This document shows positions 1 through 12,306 of a stretch of DNA of 64,000 nt, piece after piece. Below the pieces are notes generated by a model. The model did no database searches, was not told the origin of the DNA, and saw only the letters and a program-made list of their open reading frames with translations. The translations under genes were made by a program, and so were the position numbers. Positions within the stretch are counted from its first letter, which is position 1, and each line of letters opens with the position of its first letter. The DNA is from Macrostomum lignano (taxonomy: Eukaryota): assembly GCA_002269645.1 (NCBI GenBank), contig NIVC01000347.1, positions 296,039 to 360,038 on the forward strand, read 5' to 3'.

Positions 1-3000
1 ATTCGAGCGACGTCAGCAGCTGCGCGGAGCCGACGGTGAAGCCGCAGTCCAGCCGCAGGAGACCGCGGCTGCTGACGCTGACGGCGATGAAGTCCTGACC
101 GTCGGGCAGCTCGTCGGCGGGCTGGCCGTGCCACAGCACCAGGCTGGTGACGGAGACCTTCTGCAAGCGGAGCCGGAACTCGATGTGGAACTCCGGGCCC
201 TGTAGGTAAGAGCCTGGCAGCTCGATGAAGCCGTCGCCATTGAAACGGGCCGAGTGGTGCAGCGCTGCGGCTGTGGGCGAATTCGGCGTTGGGGTTCAAG
301 CATCCCGGATCCCACGAGTGGGGGACTTCCCTAATGGGTTCGTGTCTATGCATATCTGGGCGGTTGCTATGCTCGTCTCTCACCGATCTGGCAGTGCAGT
401 CCCGAGAAGCCCAGCCTACACTGGCAGGTGTGCCGCTCACTGCTCAGGCCCCGGCACCTGCCGGCGTTCAGGCAGACGGTCCGGTCGCACGGAGTCGCCC
501 GGTGCTCGCAGAAGCGGCCCGACCAGCCCGGGCGGCACTCGCAGACGGGGCCGCTGCCGAGGTCGCCGCAGCCGGAATTGCACAGCCCGGAGCTGCAGCC
601 GAGCATCTGGCCACAATCCGCCACCCCCCGGTGCTCCACGGCGGCTTCGGCGAGCTCGACTCTCCTCGCCATCAGCTCGAGGTCGCGCAGGCAGCCCCGG
701 AAGCCGCTCGCTGCGTCGATGACGTCACCAGCCGCCGCGATGACGTCACTGCTGACGCCTGCCAGGTACATGTGACCGGCAATCAGCGCTCGGCTGTGAT
801 TGGCTGTCAGGCTGAGCGTGACGGGCTGTGATTGGTTGAGTCTCAGACTGAGGCCCGTGAGGCTCCGGCGGAACTCCAGGTGGGTCCAGCCGCCGCCCGG
901 CACGGCCTGCTCGGTTCGGAGCTGCACGAGGCGGCCCGCGATTCGCACCCGGGCCTGTTGAGCATAGGGTGAAGAGGATTTGACTGCTTTCATCGGGATT
1001 CAGCTGTAATTATTTCGGTTAGGCGCGCAGTCATGCTCATGCCGCTGACTTCTGAGCATGCAAGCGCTCATCCCGCTGAGCACTGGCGCTGAGCTATCCG
1101 CCACCGATTCTTACCTGCAGCAGCCCGTCCCGCAGCGTCAGGCTCTGGAAGTCGCCGCCGCTGCCTACGAGGTCGCCGGAGAAAAGCAGCAAGCCGGAGC
1201 TGCCGTTCTCGTCGGGTCGCACAGACAGAGCCACCAGGCTGCCCGACTGCTCAGGACGGCTGGCCACGGCCAGGTAGGAAGAGGAGGCTGGACCACTTCC
1301 GGGAAAGTAGGGCACCTGGATGGGCTGGCCTTGAAATGATCGTTTGCGGAGTGAGAGCGCTGGATTTGCGGATGCGGATGCGGATGTCAATGTGGATGCG
1401 GATGCGGATGCGGAAGTGGATGCGGATGCGGATGTCAATGTGGATGCGGATGTGGATGCGGATGTCAATGTGGATGCGGATGTGGATGTGGATGCGGATG
1501 CGGATGCGGATGCGGATGCGGATGCGGATGCGGATGCGGATGCGGATGTGGATGCGGATGCGGATGTGGATGTGGATGCAGATGCGGATGCGGATGCGGA
1601 TGTGGATGCGGATAAGGATGCGGATGTAGTATGAATTGCGAACTAAATTGAGAATTAATAATGAGCATTGAATAAGTGTGCTCAATCATTTGGACATTGT
1701 ATTGCAGCCTCAAGTCCCCCAGTCTCCACCCCAGCTCACCCGACTCGCAGCGATCTCCGCTCAGCCCCAGTCCGCAGTCGCAGCGAATTCCGTCGGCGAC
1801 CTCCCGGCAGCGTCCATGGCTGCCGCAGGAGGTGGGCGCGCACCGCTCGCGCCGTCTCTCGCAGCGCCGACCTGCAAATCGATTTGGTAGGCGTGGGAAT
1901 CCCTGGAGGCCAACAAAGACTCCATTGGAGATACCTCAAGCCAAAACAACTGACCAGCGAAGTCGCCAGGACACAGGCACCGAAATCCGGTCGGTTCGTG
2001 ATCTGGTCGGCAAGAGCCGCCGTTCTCGCATGGTCCGTTTTCGGTTGCACTTCCGGTTGCACTTTCGGTTCCACTTCCGGTTCCGGGTCCGCAGACGTCG
2101 GCCTGCCGCACTGGGCCGCCGACTCCCTCGGGGTCGGCAGCGGCATTGTCCCCGACAAGAATGGGCCGGCCGGAGACCGCCAGCCGGCTGATGTCGCCGT
2201 TCAGGCAGGCGGTGCCGGCCGCTCCCAGCTGGGCGGGCAGCCGGTCGAGCAGCTCGGGCGGTGCGCAGCCCAGGTAGAAAACCGGCGGCAAGCCGAGGCC
2301 CTGGCGATCACCCGGAGTGGACTTCTCCACCGCCCGGCTGTCGTTGGCGCCTTCAGCAGACGGCTCCGCCACAGAGACGGTCAGGCGGCCCGTGCGGCCG
2401 GACCGGGACAGGCCGGCCACCGTCCAGACGCCCGGCCGCAACCGCTGGCGACTACGCAGCAGCACGGAGCCGGAGCCCAGGTTGAACCGGTACATCAGGT
2501 ACCAGTCCACCAGGCTGAGGCTCAGGAAGTCCTTACCGGGTGCGGCCGTGCCGCTGTACAGGATGAGGCCTGGAGCGGGGAAGGCGGGAGTGAAATTGCA
2601 CTGCTCAGTAGGGGATCTGTCAGTAGGGGATCTGTCAGTAAGGATCTGTCAGTAGGGGATCTGTCAGTAGGGGATCAGTCAGTAGGGGATCTGCCAGTAG
2701 GGATCTGTCAGTAGTGGATCTGTCAGTAAGGATCTGTCAGTAGGGGATCTGCCAGTAGGGGATCTGTCAGTAGGGGATCTGTCAGTAGGGGATCTGTCAG
2801 TAGGGGATCTGTCAGTAGGGGATCAGTCAGTAGGGGATCTGTCAGTAGGGGATCTGTCAGTAGTGGATCTGTCAGTAAGGATCTGTCAGTAGGGGATCTG
2901 CCAGTAGGGGATCTGTCAGTAGGGGATCTGTCAGTAAGGATCTGTCAGTAGGGGATCTGTCAGTAGGGGATCAGTCAGTAGGGGATCTGTCAGTAGTGGA

Positions 3001-6000
3001 TCTGTCAGAAATTATGAGAAATTACTTAGATTTTTTTCAAACAAAGTTGTTTACTTCTTCGTTGCCTCCCCAATAGGGAGCTAAGATGGCTAGTCCTATA
3101 TACTAAAAATGAGTCGTCTGTATGTCTAAAATTCACCGAAAACCGGCATAACAGTCCTGAATAAACTTCAGTGCTTTAATTGCAGCAATCCTGTTGAAGT
3201 ATCATAAATATAAGTTATGAATCAATACTCAAATCCGCTTGGTTATAGGGCTATTTTCTGAAGATGCAACCTCCAGTGAACGTTGCCGGTGCACCAACTA
3301 TACCACTGTGTAATTTAAATTTCTAATAGGGCCACACATGCTTTGTCAGCCGATTGAGGGGTGGGCAGCTATCGCAATCTCTTTATTTTACTTTAAAGTT
3401 ACAAAAGTTTGTTTCATCTCTCTTACTCAAAAAAATATTTAATTATTTTGAATGCATGCAAAACTACTTTCGTGGTTTGGACTGCAATTAAAATAATGGA
3501 TATAATCCCGAAACAAACCCCGCATGAAAGCCATGAAATCCCCATGCTTCGAAATACCGGGAATAAAATCCCAAGATCCCGGAATTGGAATGCCTACCTT
3601 TATACAAATCGCAAATTTACAGCTATGAATAGAATTATGAAATGGCACACACACAAACACACATAGGATAGGTATCCGTCATCGAGTCAGTAAGACTTAT
3701 ATCATCAATTTTAACCTTCCACTGCACTCTCTCTCTCTCTCTTCTTCCTTCCTGCCTTCCTCACCCCTCGTGGCAGTGATGAAGACGGAGGCGCCCATGG
3801 GGGCCTTGGCAACTGAAAGCTATCCATGGGCAGGCTTTGACAAGTGTGTGTTTGCCCTTACAATACAATGCTGCAGCAGCATTTTAAACCGTTCCCCACC
3901 CCACTGATGAAATCGAACACCAACCCACATCTTTTGTGCGGCTGGCAGCGAGGCGAATCTTACTGTAAACTAAAACTTGAAATTGCTTTATGGCATGACA
4001 TGGGATGTGGATTGATTATGCAGTCCCAGTGCAATCGTACCCCTCACAGAACCTGTCTGTCAGTGTATGTACTTTCCTATTTTATAGCATAGCAACTTTC
4101 TGCGGCACCTAAATGGTCACTGTGATGCTTAAACGGTCACTGAGATGCCTAAATGGTCACTGTAGTGCTTAAATGGTCACTGTAGTGCTTAAATGGTCAC
4201 TGTAGTGCTTAAATGGTCACTGTGCTGCTTAAATGGTCACTGTGATGCTTAAATGGTCACTGTGCTGCTTAAATGGTCACTGTGATGCTTAAATGGTCAC
4301 TGTGATGCTTAAATGGTCACTGTGCTGCTTAAATGGTCACTGTGATGCTTAAATGGTCACTGTGATGCTTAAATGGTCACTGCGATGCTTAAATGGTCAC
4401 TGTGAGGCCTAAATGGTCACTGCGATGCTTAAATAGTCACTGCGATGCTTAAATGGTCACTGTGATGCTTAAATAGTCACTGCGATGCTTAAATGGTCAC
4501 TGTGAGGCCTAAATGGTCACTGCGATGCTTAAATAGTCACTGCGATGCTTAAATGGTCACTGTGATGCTTAAATAGTCACTGCGATGCTTAAATGGTCAC
4601 TGTGAGGCCTAAATGGTCACTGCGATGCTTAAATGGTCACTGTGAGGCCTAAATGGTCACTGCGATGCTTAAATAGTCACTGCGATGCTTAAATGGTCAC
4701 TGTGAGGCCTAAATGGTCACTGTTGATGCTTAAATGGTCACTCAGCAAAAAGCTGTGTGCTCACCCAGTCCCGATCTGGCTCGAAACGCAATCTGAATAT
4801 CGTGCTTAAAATACGGCAGGCTGATATGGCGCAGGCGGATGTAGGCTTGCGGAGGCTGGGCCCGCAGGTTCGGCTGGCGAGATGGCGGCTGATTATGAAA
4901 TGATGGAATCAACCGCTGCACCTGGAAAGCGTTGTGAAATTGAGTTTATATTAGATTAACACTGGATTAGTGAGGCTATTGGATTAGTGAGACTATTGGA
5001 TTAGTGGTGCTACTGGGTTAGTGAGGCTATTGGATTAGTGAGGCTACTTGATTAGTGAGGCTACTGGATTAGTGAGGCTACTGGATTAGTGAGGCTACTG
5101 GATTAGTGAGGCTATTGGATTAGTGAGGCTACTGGATTAGTGAGGCTACTGGATTAGTGAGGCTACTGGATTAGTGAGGCTACTGGATTAGTGAGGCTAC
5201 TGGATTAGTGAGGCTACTGGATTAGTGAGGCTACTGGATTAGTGAGGCTACTAAAATTAGTAAGGCTATTGGATTAGTGATGCTACTGGATTAGTGAGGC
5301 TACTAGATTAGTGAGACTACTGGATTAGTGATGCTAATGGATTAGTGAGGCTACTAGATTAGTGAGACTACTAGATTAGTGAGACTATTGGATTAGTGAT
5401 GCTAATGGATTAGTGAGGCTACTGGAATAGTGATGCTAATGGATTAGTGATGCTACTGGATTAGTGAGGCTACTGGAATAGTGATGCTAATGGATTAGTG
5501 ATGCTACTGGATTAGTGATGCTACTGGATTAGTGAGGCTACTGGATTAGTGAGGCTACTGGATGAGTGAGGCTACTGGATTAGTGAGGCTACTACGTGGA
5601 TTAATGAGGCTACTACAAGGATTAGTGAGGCTACTACATGGATTAGTGAAACCACTTGATTAGTGAATCTCTATATTGATTATTGAATTTATGTATTAAT
5701 AGGAATACCAGATAGATCAGTATGACTGTATAAATTACATACAGTTAGGGCTACTGGCAGATACAAGTTTAGGCTAAATTGATTAAAGAAACTACTCTAC
5801 TATAATACTAAATCTACAGGATCAGTATCTGTGTTGTATTAATAAAAGTTAGTCAGAGAGACCGCCATGAAACAGAATACTGTACTGAAGGAAATGCTAC
5901 CAGCACAGTTTAATCTGTGCCAGTCAGAAACCACCCACAGGCAAACTAAACAGACCGCGGAACTCTGATGCCCTTTTGTGTGGTTCAACTGATGGCTACT

Positions 6001-9000
6001 GCATGCGCAAGGGAACGCGGGAAATGGTTGCAACACGCGCGAAGATAAAGGGAAAGAGGCGAGGCAGGCGGATGGAGATAGATTGGGGATGAAATGGGAG
6101 CTGCTAAGGGAGGAACCAGAGTTGAAAGGGATCAGTTCCCCTAAAGCCAGTTGTTAGCCTAATGTTTATGATCCCAATGTCATGGCTGCTTTGCCAAAGC
6201 AGTTCCAAAAAAGAGGAAAAGAGTAAAACTTGCGACTTTATTCTTGGGAAAACCTTTCAAGCGCTGCAGCAGCATTTCCGTGACGGAAAAGCAGGGAAAG
6301 GAGGCCATGTTCGTGACAAGCCCAACGTCAAGCAGCCCCAACCCCATCCTCCCTGGAAACCACGGGATCCAGACAGACAGCTTCACACTGGACTAGCAAT
6401 TTATTTTTTTAGTTCTTCAGCGCCTCAGTCGGATATAAAATGGCTTTTAAAAATTAAAAAAATACATTTGTTAAATTTGTTTGTTTGACCGCATGAGTCA
6501 CTGTCACGTGCGGCGCGCTTTTTCAGAGAAAATCTGTTTAGATAGAATAGGATTTCTAAGAAATCACTCCTACTACTAAGAATCGAATTTTAAAAGAAAA
6601 CTCCTATTAAAAATCCATTTTCTAATAAATCGCCATTCGGGAGAATTGAATTTCCTAGAAAGCCGCCCTACTGAAAATCATATTTCTACAAAAATCGTCC
6701 GAGTCAGAATGTATTTTCTAAGAAATCGACTTTTAAGAATCAGGTTTCTAAGAGTTCACCCTATTGAGATCAGATTTCTAGGAAATCACAATATTGAGAT
6801 AGGATTTCTATGAAATCGCCCAATTGATAATCGGGTATCAAAGAAATCGCTCTATTAAGAACAAGGTTTCTAAGAAATCACTTTTATTAAGATTGGTTTT
6901 CTAGGAAATCAACGTATTCAAATCGTATTTCTAGGAAATCACCCTATTGAGATCGGATTTCTAGGCAATCACGCTATTGAGATCGGATTTCTAAGAAATC
7001 GCCTATTGAAAATCGAATTTCTAAGAACATGAAGTTCGAAGACATTTAGAAATTCCATTTAGAATCCACTCTAAATAGAATTCTGAGAATCCCTTGCCAC
7101 CCCGAGGTCCGCAGGCCGCGCACCTGCAGGTCGTACAGCAGGGTGATTCTCTCTCCGCTGTGCAGAGCTGCCTCGCACAGGTAGGCACCGGAGTCCGAGC
7201 TGCGAAGCCGGAGCAGTTTGAGGGAGTTGTTGGCCAACAAGATGTGACGATCTCTGCGAGTTGTGGCGAGGGTAGAGAGGTGAGAGATGTCAGGTTGAGA
7301 GATGTCAGGTTGAGAGATGTCAGGTTGAGAGATGTCAGGTTGAGAGATGTCAGGTTGAGAGATGTCAGGTTGAGAGATGTCAGGTTGAGAGACGTCAGGT
7401 TGAGAGATGTCAGGTTGAAAGATGTCAGGTTGAGAGATGTCAGGTTGAGAGATGTCAGGTTGAAAGATGTCAGGTTGAGAGATGTCAGGTTGAGAGATGT
7501 CAGGTTGAGAGATGTCAGGTTGAGAGATGTCAGGTTGAGAGATGTCAGGTTGAGGGATATAAGGAAGACGATGTCAGTGAGACAGATGTCAGATTGATAG
7601 ATGTCAGGTTGAGAGATGTCAGGTTGAGAGATGTCAGGTTGAGAGATGTCAGGTTGAGAGATGTCAGGTTGAGAGATATAAGGAAGACGATGTCAGTGAG
7701 ACAGATGTCAGATTGATAGATGTCAGGTTGAGAGATGTCAGGTTGAGAGATGTCAGGTTGAGAGATGTCAGGGAGAGAGATGTCAGGTTGAGAGATGTCA
7801 GGTTGAGAGATGTCAGGTTGAGAGATATCAGGATGAGAGATGTCAGGTTGAGAGATGTCAGGTTGAGAGATATCAGGATGAGAGATATAAGGAAGACGAT
7901 GTCAGTGAGACAGATGTCAGATTGATAGATGTCAGGTTGAGAGATGTCAGGTTGAGAGATGTCAGGTTGAGAGATGTCAGGGAGAGAGATGTCAGGGAGA
8001 GAGATGTCAGGTTGAGAGACGTCAGGGAGAGAGATGTCAGGGAGAGAGATGCCAGGGAGAGAGACGTCAGGGAGAGAGATGTCAGGTTGAGAGATGTCAG
8101 GTTGAGAGATGTCAGGTTGAGAGATGTCAGGTTGAGAGATGTCAGGTTGAGAGATGTCAGGTTGAGAGATGTCAGGGAGACAGATGTCGGGGAGACAGAT
8201 ATCAGAATAGGCAGACACCAATGACCATCAAGAACGATTCCAACAAATCCAGGTCAATGCTGTCCCACAGCCACTCACTGCGGCAGCTCTCCGCTTTCGT
8301 GACTCCACACTGCCACAGCCAGAGGAGCGGCGGCGCCATGCGGTGGCGCGCAATCCAGAGTGGCGCCGAGGCCAGCTGGCGCCGCCGCGGTCAGCCTGAT
8401 GATGCGCCTCGGCAGCTCCGCGCGCTCTGGAAGGTGAGCGAATGATAAGGGAGAGTGACCCAATATTATGGGAGAGAGTGACCCAATATGATGGGAGAGA
8501 GTGACCTAGTATGATGGGGGAGAGTGACCCAATATGATGGGGGAGAGTGACCCAATATGATGGGAGAGAGTGACCCAATATGAAGGGAGAGAGTGACTCA
8601 ATATTATGGGGAGTGTGACTCAATGATTAGGGAATGTGACCCAATGATTAGGGAATGTGACCCAACGATTAGGGAGTGTGACCCAATGATTAGGGATGTG
8701 ACCCAATAATGGGGAGGGGGGAGTGACCCAATAACCTCACTAACCTTTGACAACAACTCTAACGGAGGCCACAATGCTGCCAAGCACATTTGTGGCAGTG
8801 CAGCTGTAGAGACCGGAGTCTGCAACCGCTAGTCGCGGCAGAACAAGCACAGTTTGAGCCGATTCTGTCCGACTTTTGTCCGGTAGCGGGCGGCGAGCCT
8901 CGGTAGCCGGATCTTGAAGTTGCCAGGTCACTCGGGGTCGGGGGACCGAGTCTGCAAGAGATGGCAGCAAGTGCTCTTGTCGAACAGGTGATTTTTCATG

Positions 9001-9317
9001 TCTAAGAGGTGACACTGCTGTCTAACACACAGGTGATACTGCTGTCTAACACACAGGTGATACTGCTGTCTAACACACAGGTGACACTGCTGTCTAACAC
9101 TCTAAAGGAGCAATAAATCAATCAAGCCAATCAACAGGAACTCACGTCCCAGCTGACACGTAAGTCGTGCTGTATCCCCAACATCGTAGGTTGCCGCGGG
9201 CACCCGGCTTAACCGATGCGTCATGGGCGATGGCAATGCAGCAGATGACGCCACTATGAGCACGGTCATAGCCGACAGTATGAGCGGACAGACAAGCCAA
9301 ATTATTGATAAATGCAT
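1..9317 (-). CDS. Short perlecan (HSPG2/unc-52)-like secreted protein: signal peptide, 2 Ig, LamG-EGF-EGF-LamG-EGF-EGF-LamG; 3' end outside window
   Basis: Exons (minus): 9317-9146, 8951-8745, 8426-8279, 7253-7124, 4921-4765, 2569-1955, 1871-1740, 1329-1115, 954-384, 270-<1. All introns are GT-AG and phases (1,1,2,0,1,1,1,0,1) join into one frame of about 872 aa. N-terminus [26 protein letters not shown] is hydrophobic with an in-frame upstream stop. Ig motifs: LTC..VTW..DSGLYSC and LDC..W..DSGAYLC. LamG motif: GLILYSG..DFLSLSL..YRFNLG. Four 6-Cys EGF repeats are arranged as in perlecan domain V. Confidence 0.88.
1368..1627. repeat. (GATGCG/GATGTG)n hexamer array in intron
   Basis: Direct reading; produces the spurious MR/DA/HP ORFs. 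Confidence 0.95.
2604..3008. repeat. 15-bp minisatellite (CTGTCAGTAGGGGAT)n in intron
   Basis: About 27 tandem units ending about 35 bp from the acceptor at 2570. Confidence 0.95.
4108..4742. repeat. 20-bp minisatellite (CTTAAATGGTCACTGTGATG)n
   Basis: About 31 units, starting about 20 bp after the donor at 4764 (minus-strand gene). Confidence 0.95.
4966..5660. repeat. 17-bp minisatellite (GGATTAGTGAGGCTACT)n
   Basis: About 40 units abutting the acceptor at 4922. Confidence 0.95.
6540..7025. repeat. Degenerate ~30-bp tandem repeat with ATTTCTA(A/G)GAAATC core
   Basis: Recurrent quasi-palindromic GATTTCTAGGAAATC motif. Confidence 0.75.
7279..8195. repeat. 15-bp minisatellite (GAGAGATGTCAGGTT)n with higher-order blocks
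   Basis: About 60 units; the block ATAAGGAAGACGATGTCAGTGAGACAGATGTCAGATTGATA recurs 3 times (~7560, ~7680, ~7890). Confidence 0.95.
8450..8732. repeat. ~21-25-bp minisatellite (GAGTGACCCAAT..) filling an intron
   Basis: Tandem units span almost the whole 8427-8744 intron. Confidence 0.9.
9007..9100. repeat. 24-bp tandem repeat (AGGTGATACTGCTGTCTAACACAC)x~4
   Basis: Direct reading; intron 1 of the perlecan-like gene. Confidence 0.9.
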
Positions 9318-10149
9318 TTCGCGGATTATTTTTCACAAAACAGTCACTCGCTTCTCTTTTGCTAGAATCCTTCTTTGGGTGGATCTTTTATAAATGAATA
9401 TTTTGCCAGATGCTGGTTGGCTGAAATTTCCCTCTAATCCTGGGGCTGTTGCCAAGGCTTATAAACACGGCTTCAGAGGTAGAGCGAGGGGTGAGAGAGT
9501 TTTCTCAGATTCAGACTTCGCCGCGGGGGGTTGGTGGGTTGGGCGGGTCAGAGAGTCAGGGGGAGGGACGACATTTTGTTGGGTCCCAGCAGGGTGTTGT
9601 GGCGGACACGTGTGACGAAAATTTACTTCTTCTAGCGGTCCATCAGCTACCTCGCTGCAACGGTGAGGGGACTAAAATCCTCTATATAAGAATTCTTTAT
9701 ATGCCAGAAGCCCCACGGGTTAGGAAGTCAGTTGGCTTTGAAATCAAGGAACACCCGCGCGTCCGGTACAAGAGAAAAGAGAAAACTTCGGTAACACGTT
9801 TTTCTTTCAGTTAAAATGAAAGAGAGAGAAAGAGAACAAGCCATGTTTCTGGGAAACTCTACAAGGGGAAAATTGAGGCCCGTGTTCGTGGGAAAAATCG
9901 TCTTTTTCTGGAAGCAGATTTGAAGTCCAGATGGGGAACCCCGCTGGTGCTGTGTATGCAAAACAGCTGCTGTTTTTTGGAGGCCACCCTAACGGACTTC
10001 GCTCAAAGAAAATTTCCAGGAAAAGTTTTCAGGCGGTCCGCTTGATACTGAAGTCCTGAAGTGAATATTATAGGCATGATGGTGATAGGATGGATTACTC
10101 TGGTCCTGAAGCTGCTGCTGAAGCTGCTGATGTCTCTCATGAAGAGTCT

Positions 10150-11710
10150 ATCCTGGAGTGTCTGTACTGAAGTGTCTGTCCTGAAGTATCTGTCCTGAAG
10201 TATCTGTCCTGAAGTGTCCGTCCTGCAGTATCTGTCCTGCAGTATCTGTCCAGAAGTATCTGTCCTGCAGTGTCTGTAATGAAGTGCGTGTCCTGAAGTA
10301 TCTGTCCTGCAGTGTCTGTAATGAAGTGCGTGTCCTGAAGTATCTGTCCTGAACTGTCTGTTCTGAAGTTTCTGTCCTGAAGTATCTGTCCTGAACTGTC
10401 TGTCCTGAAGTATCTGTCCTGAACTGTCTGTCCTGAAGTTTCTGTCCTAAAGTATCTGTCCTGAACTGTCTGTAATGAAGTGCGTGTCCTGAAGTTTCTG
10501 CCCTGAAGTGTCTGTCCTGAAGTGTCTGTACTGAAGTGTCTGTCCTGAATTGTCTGTAATAAAGTGTCTGTCCTGAAGAGTCTGTCCTGAAGTGTCTGTC
10601 CTGAATTGTCTGTAATAAAGTGTCTGTCCTGAAGTGTATGTCCTGAAGTGTCTGTCCTGAATTGTCTGTAATAAAGTCTCTGTCCTGAAGTGTCTGTCCT
10701 GAAGTGTCTGTCCTGAAGTGTCTGTCCTGAAGTATCTGTCCTGAAGTATCTGTCCTGAAGTATCTGTCCTGGAGTGTCTGTCCTGAAGTATCTGTCCTGG
10801 AGTGTCTGTCCTGAAGTATCTGTCCTGAATTGTCTGTAATGAAGTGCGTGTCCTGAAGTTTCTGCCCTGAAGTGTCTGCCCTGAAGTGTATGTCCTGAAT
10901 TGTCTGTAATAAAGTCTCTGTCCTGAAGTGTCTGTCCTGAAGTGTCTGTCCTGAATTGTCTGTAATAAAGTCTCTGTCCTGAAGTGTATGTCCTGAAGTG
11001 TCTGTCCTGAATTGTCTGTAATAAAGTCTCTGTCCTGAAGTGTCTGTCCTGAAGTGTCTGTCCTGAATTGTCTGTAATAAAGTGTCTGTCCTGAAGTGTA
11101 TGTCCTGAAGTGTCTGTCCTGAAGTATCTGTCCTGAAGTGTCTGTCCTGAAGTATCTGTCCTGAAGTGTCTGTCCTGAAATGTCTGTCCTGAATTTTTTG
11201 TCCTGAAGTATCTGTCCTGAATTGCATTCCAGAAGTGTCTGTCCTGAAGTGTCTGTCCTGAAGTTTCTTCCCTGAAGTGTCTGTCCTGAAGTGTCTGTCC
11301 TGAAGTATCTGTCCTGAAGTATCTGTCCTGAAGTGTCTGTCCTGAAGTTTCTGCCCTGAAGTGTCTGTCCTGAAGTATCTGTCCTCAAGTGTCTGTCCTG
11401 AAGTGTCTGTCCTGAAGTTTTTGTCCTGAAGTATCTGTCCTGAATTGCCTGTCCAGAAGTGTCTGTCCTGAAGTGTCTGTCCTGAAGTATCTGTCCTGAA
11501 GTGTCTGTCCTGAATTGTCTGTAATGAAGTGCGTGTCTTGAAGTTTCTGCCCTGAAGTGTCTGTCCTGAAGTGTCTGTAATAAAGTGTCTGTCCTGAAGT
11601 GTCTGTCCTGAATTGTCTGTCCTGAAGTATCTGTACTGAAGTGTCTGTAATGAAGTGCGTGTCCTGAAGTTTCTGTCCTGAAGTGTCTGTCCTGAAGTGT
11701 CTGTTCTGAA
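10150..11710. repeat. 15-bp minisatellite (TGTCTGTCCTGAAGT)n
   Basis: About 100 units with variants; source of the RTDTSGQ pseudo-ORFs. Confidence 0.95.
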
Positions 11711-12306
11711 AAAGGTATAATTACACTTAAATGTAACCGAAAAATGTTTTTAATGCATACTAAATAAATTTTACTAAGACTGATTTGAGGAGCTCGTACT
11801 ACTTAATATTCTTCAGTAGTAAAGCCAGTTTTTGCATTTGAATATCCATTTTCTGTTATTGTTACGCTCGTATACTCGTAAACAGGGCTTTGAAAGTCTT
11901 TGCTTGAACTTCATTTGAAATTTGAGGATTTTTGAAACCTCGTGTCTCAAATCTCATGCAACTCCTAAAATTAAAGAAATTTAAAATTGGAGTAGAAGTT
12001 TTAACTAGCGTCAAATGACCCGATTTAAACGGCGATTACAATTAGTAATAAATTCGTGTATTACCTCGATTTGGAGATTAATTCTATACATGAGACAGCT
12101 ACCGTATGTGAGTCAGGGTCGCATGTGTACTTTACTTATGTACATCGGGCCACGCCCAATCAATATGAATCGGAGGGGTGCTGCACCCCAAATATATATT
12201 CACTGGTTGCGGGCTCTTGTGAGAGTCGTATTATTTTCCACCTCGCGCTAACCGTCCGAGTTTACTCACTACAATGGCGTCGCAAGCCGCGAACTGATAA
12301 GCAGCC

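Noticed and set aside
1668-2714. 348-aa plus-strand ORF and other overlapping ORFs at 225-831
   Set aside because: These are antisense shadows of GC-rich LamG/EGF exons.
3085-3380. Helitron-like non-autonomous element (CTATATACTAAAAATGAG..GTCTGTATGTCT start)
   Set aside because: There is no convincing 3' hairpin plus CTAG end and no second copy in the window.
3764-3812. Possible extra phase-1/phase-1 mini-exon ([16 protein letters not shown]) in the perlecan-like gene
   Set aside because: It has AG/GT ends, but the flanking exons already join into a canonical LamG motif and the peptide would interrupt it; there is no transcript evidence.
5830-6490. Short ORFs in perlecan-like intron
   Set aside because: No recognisable motif or splice context.
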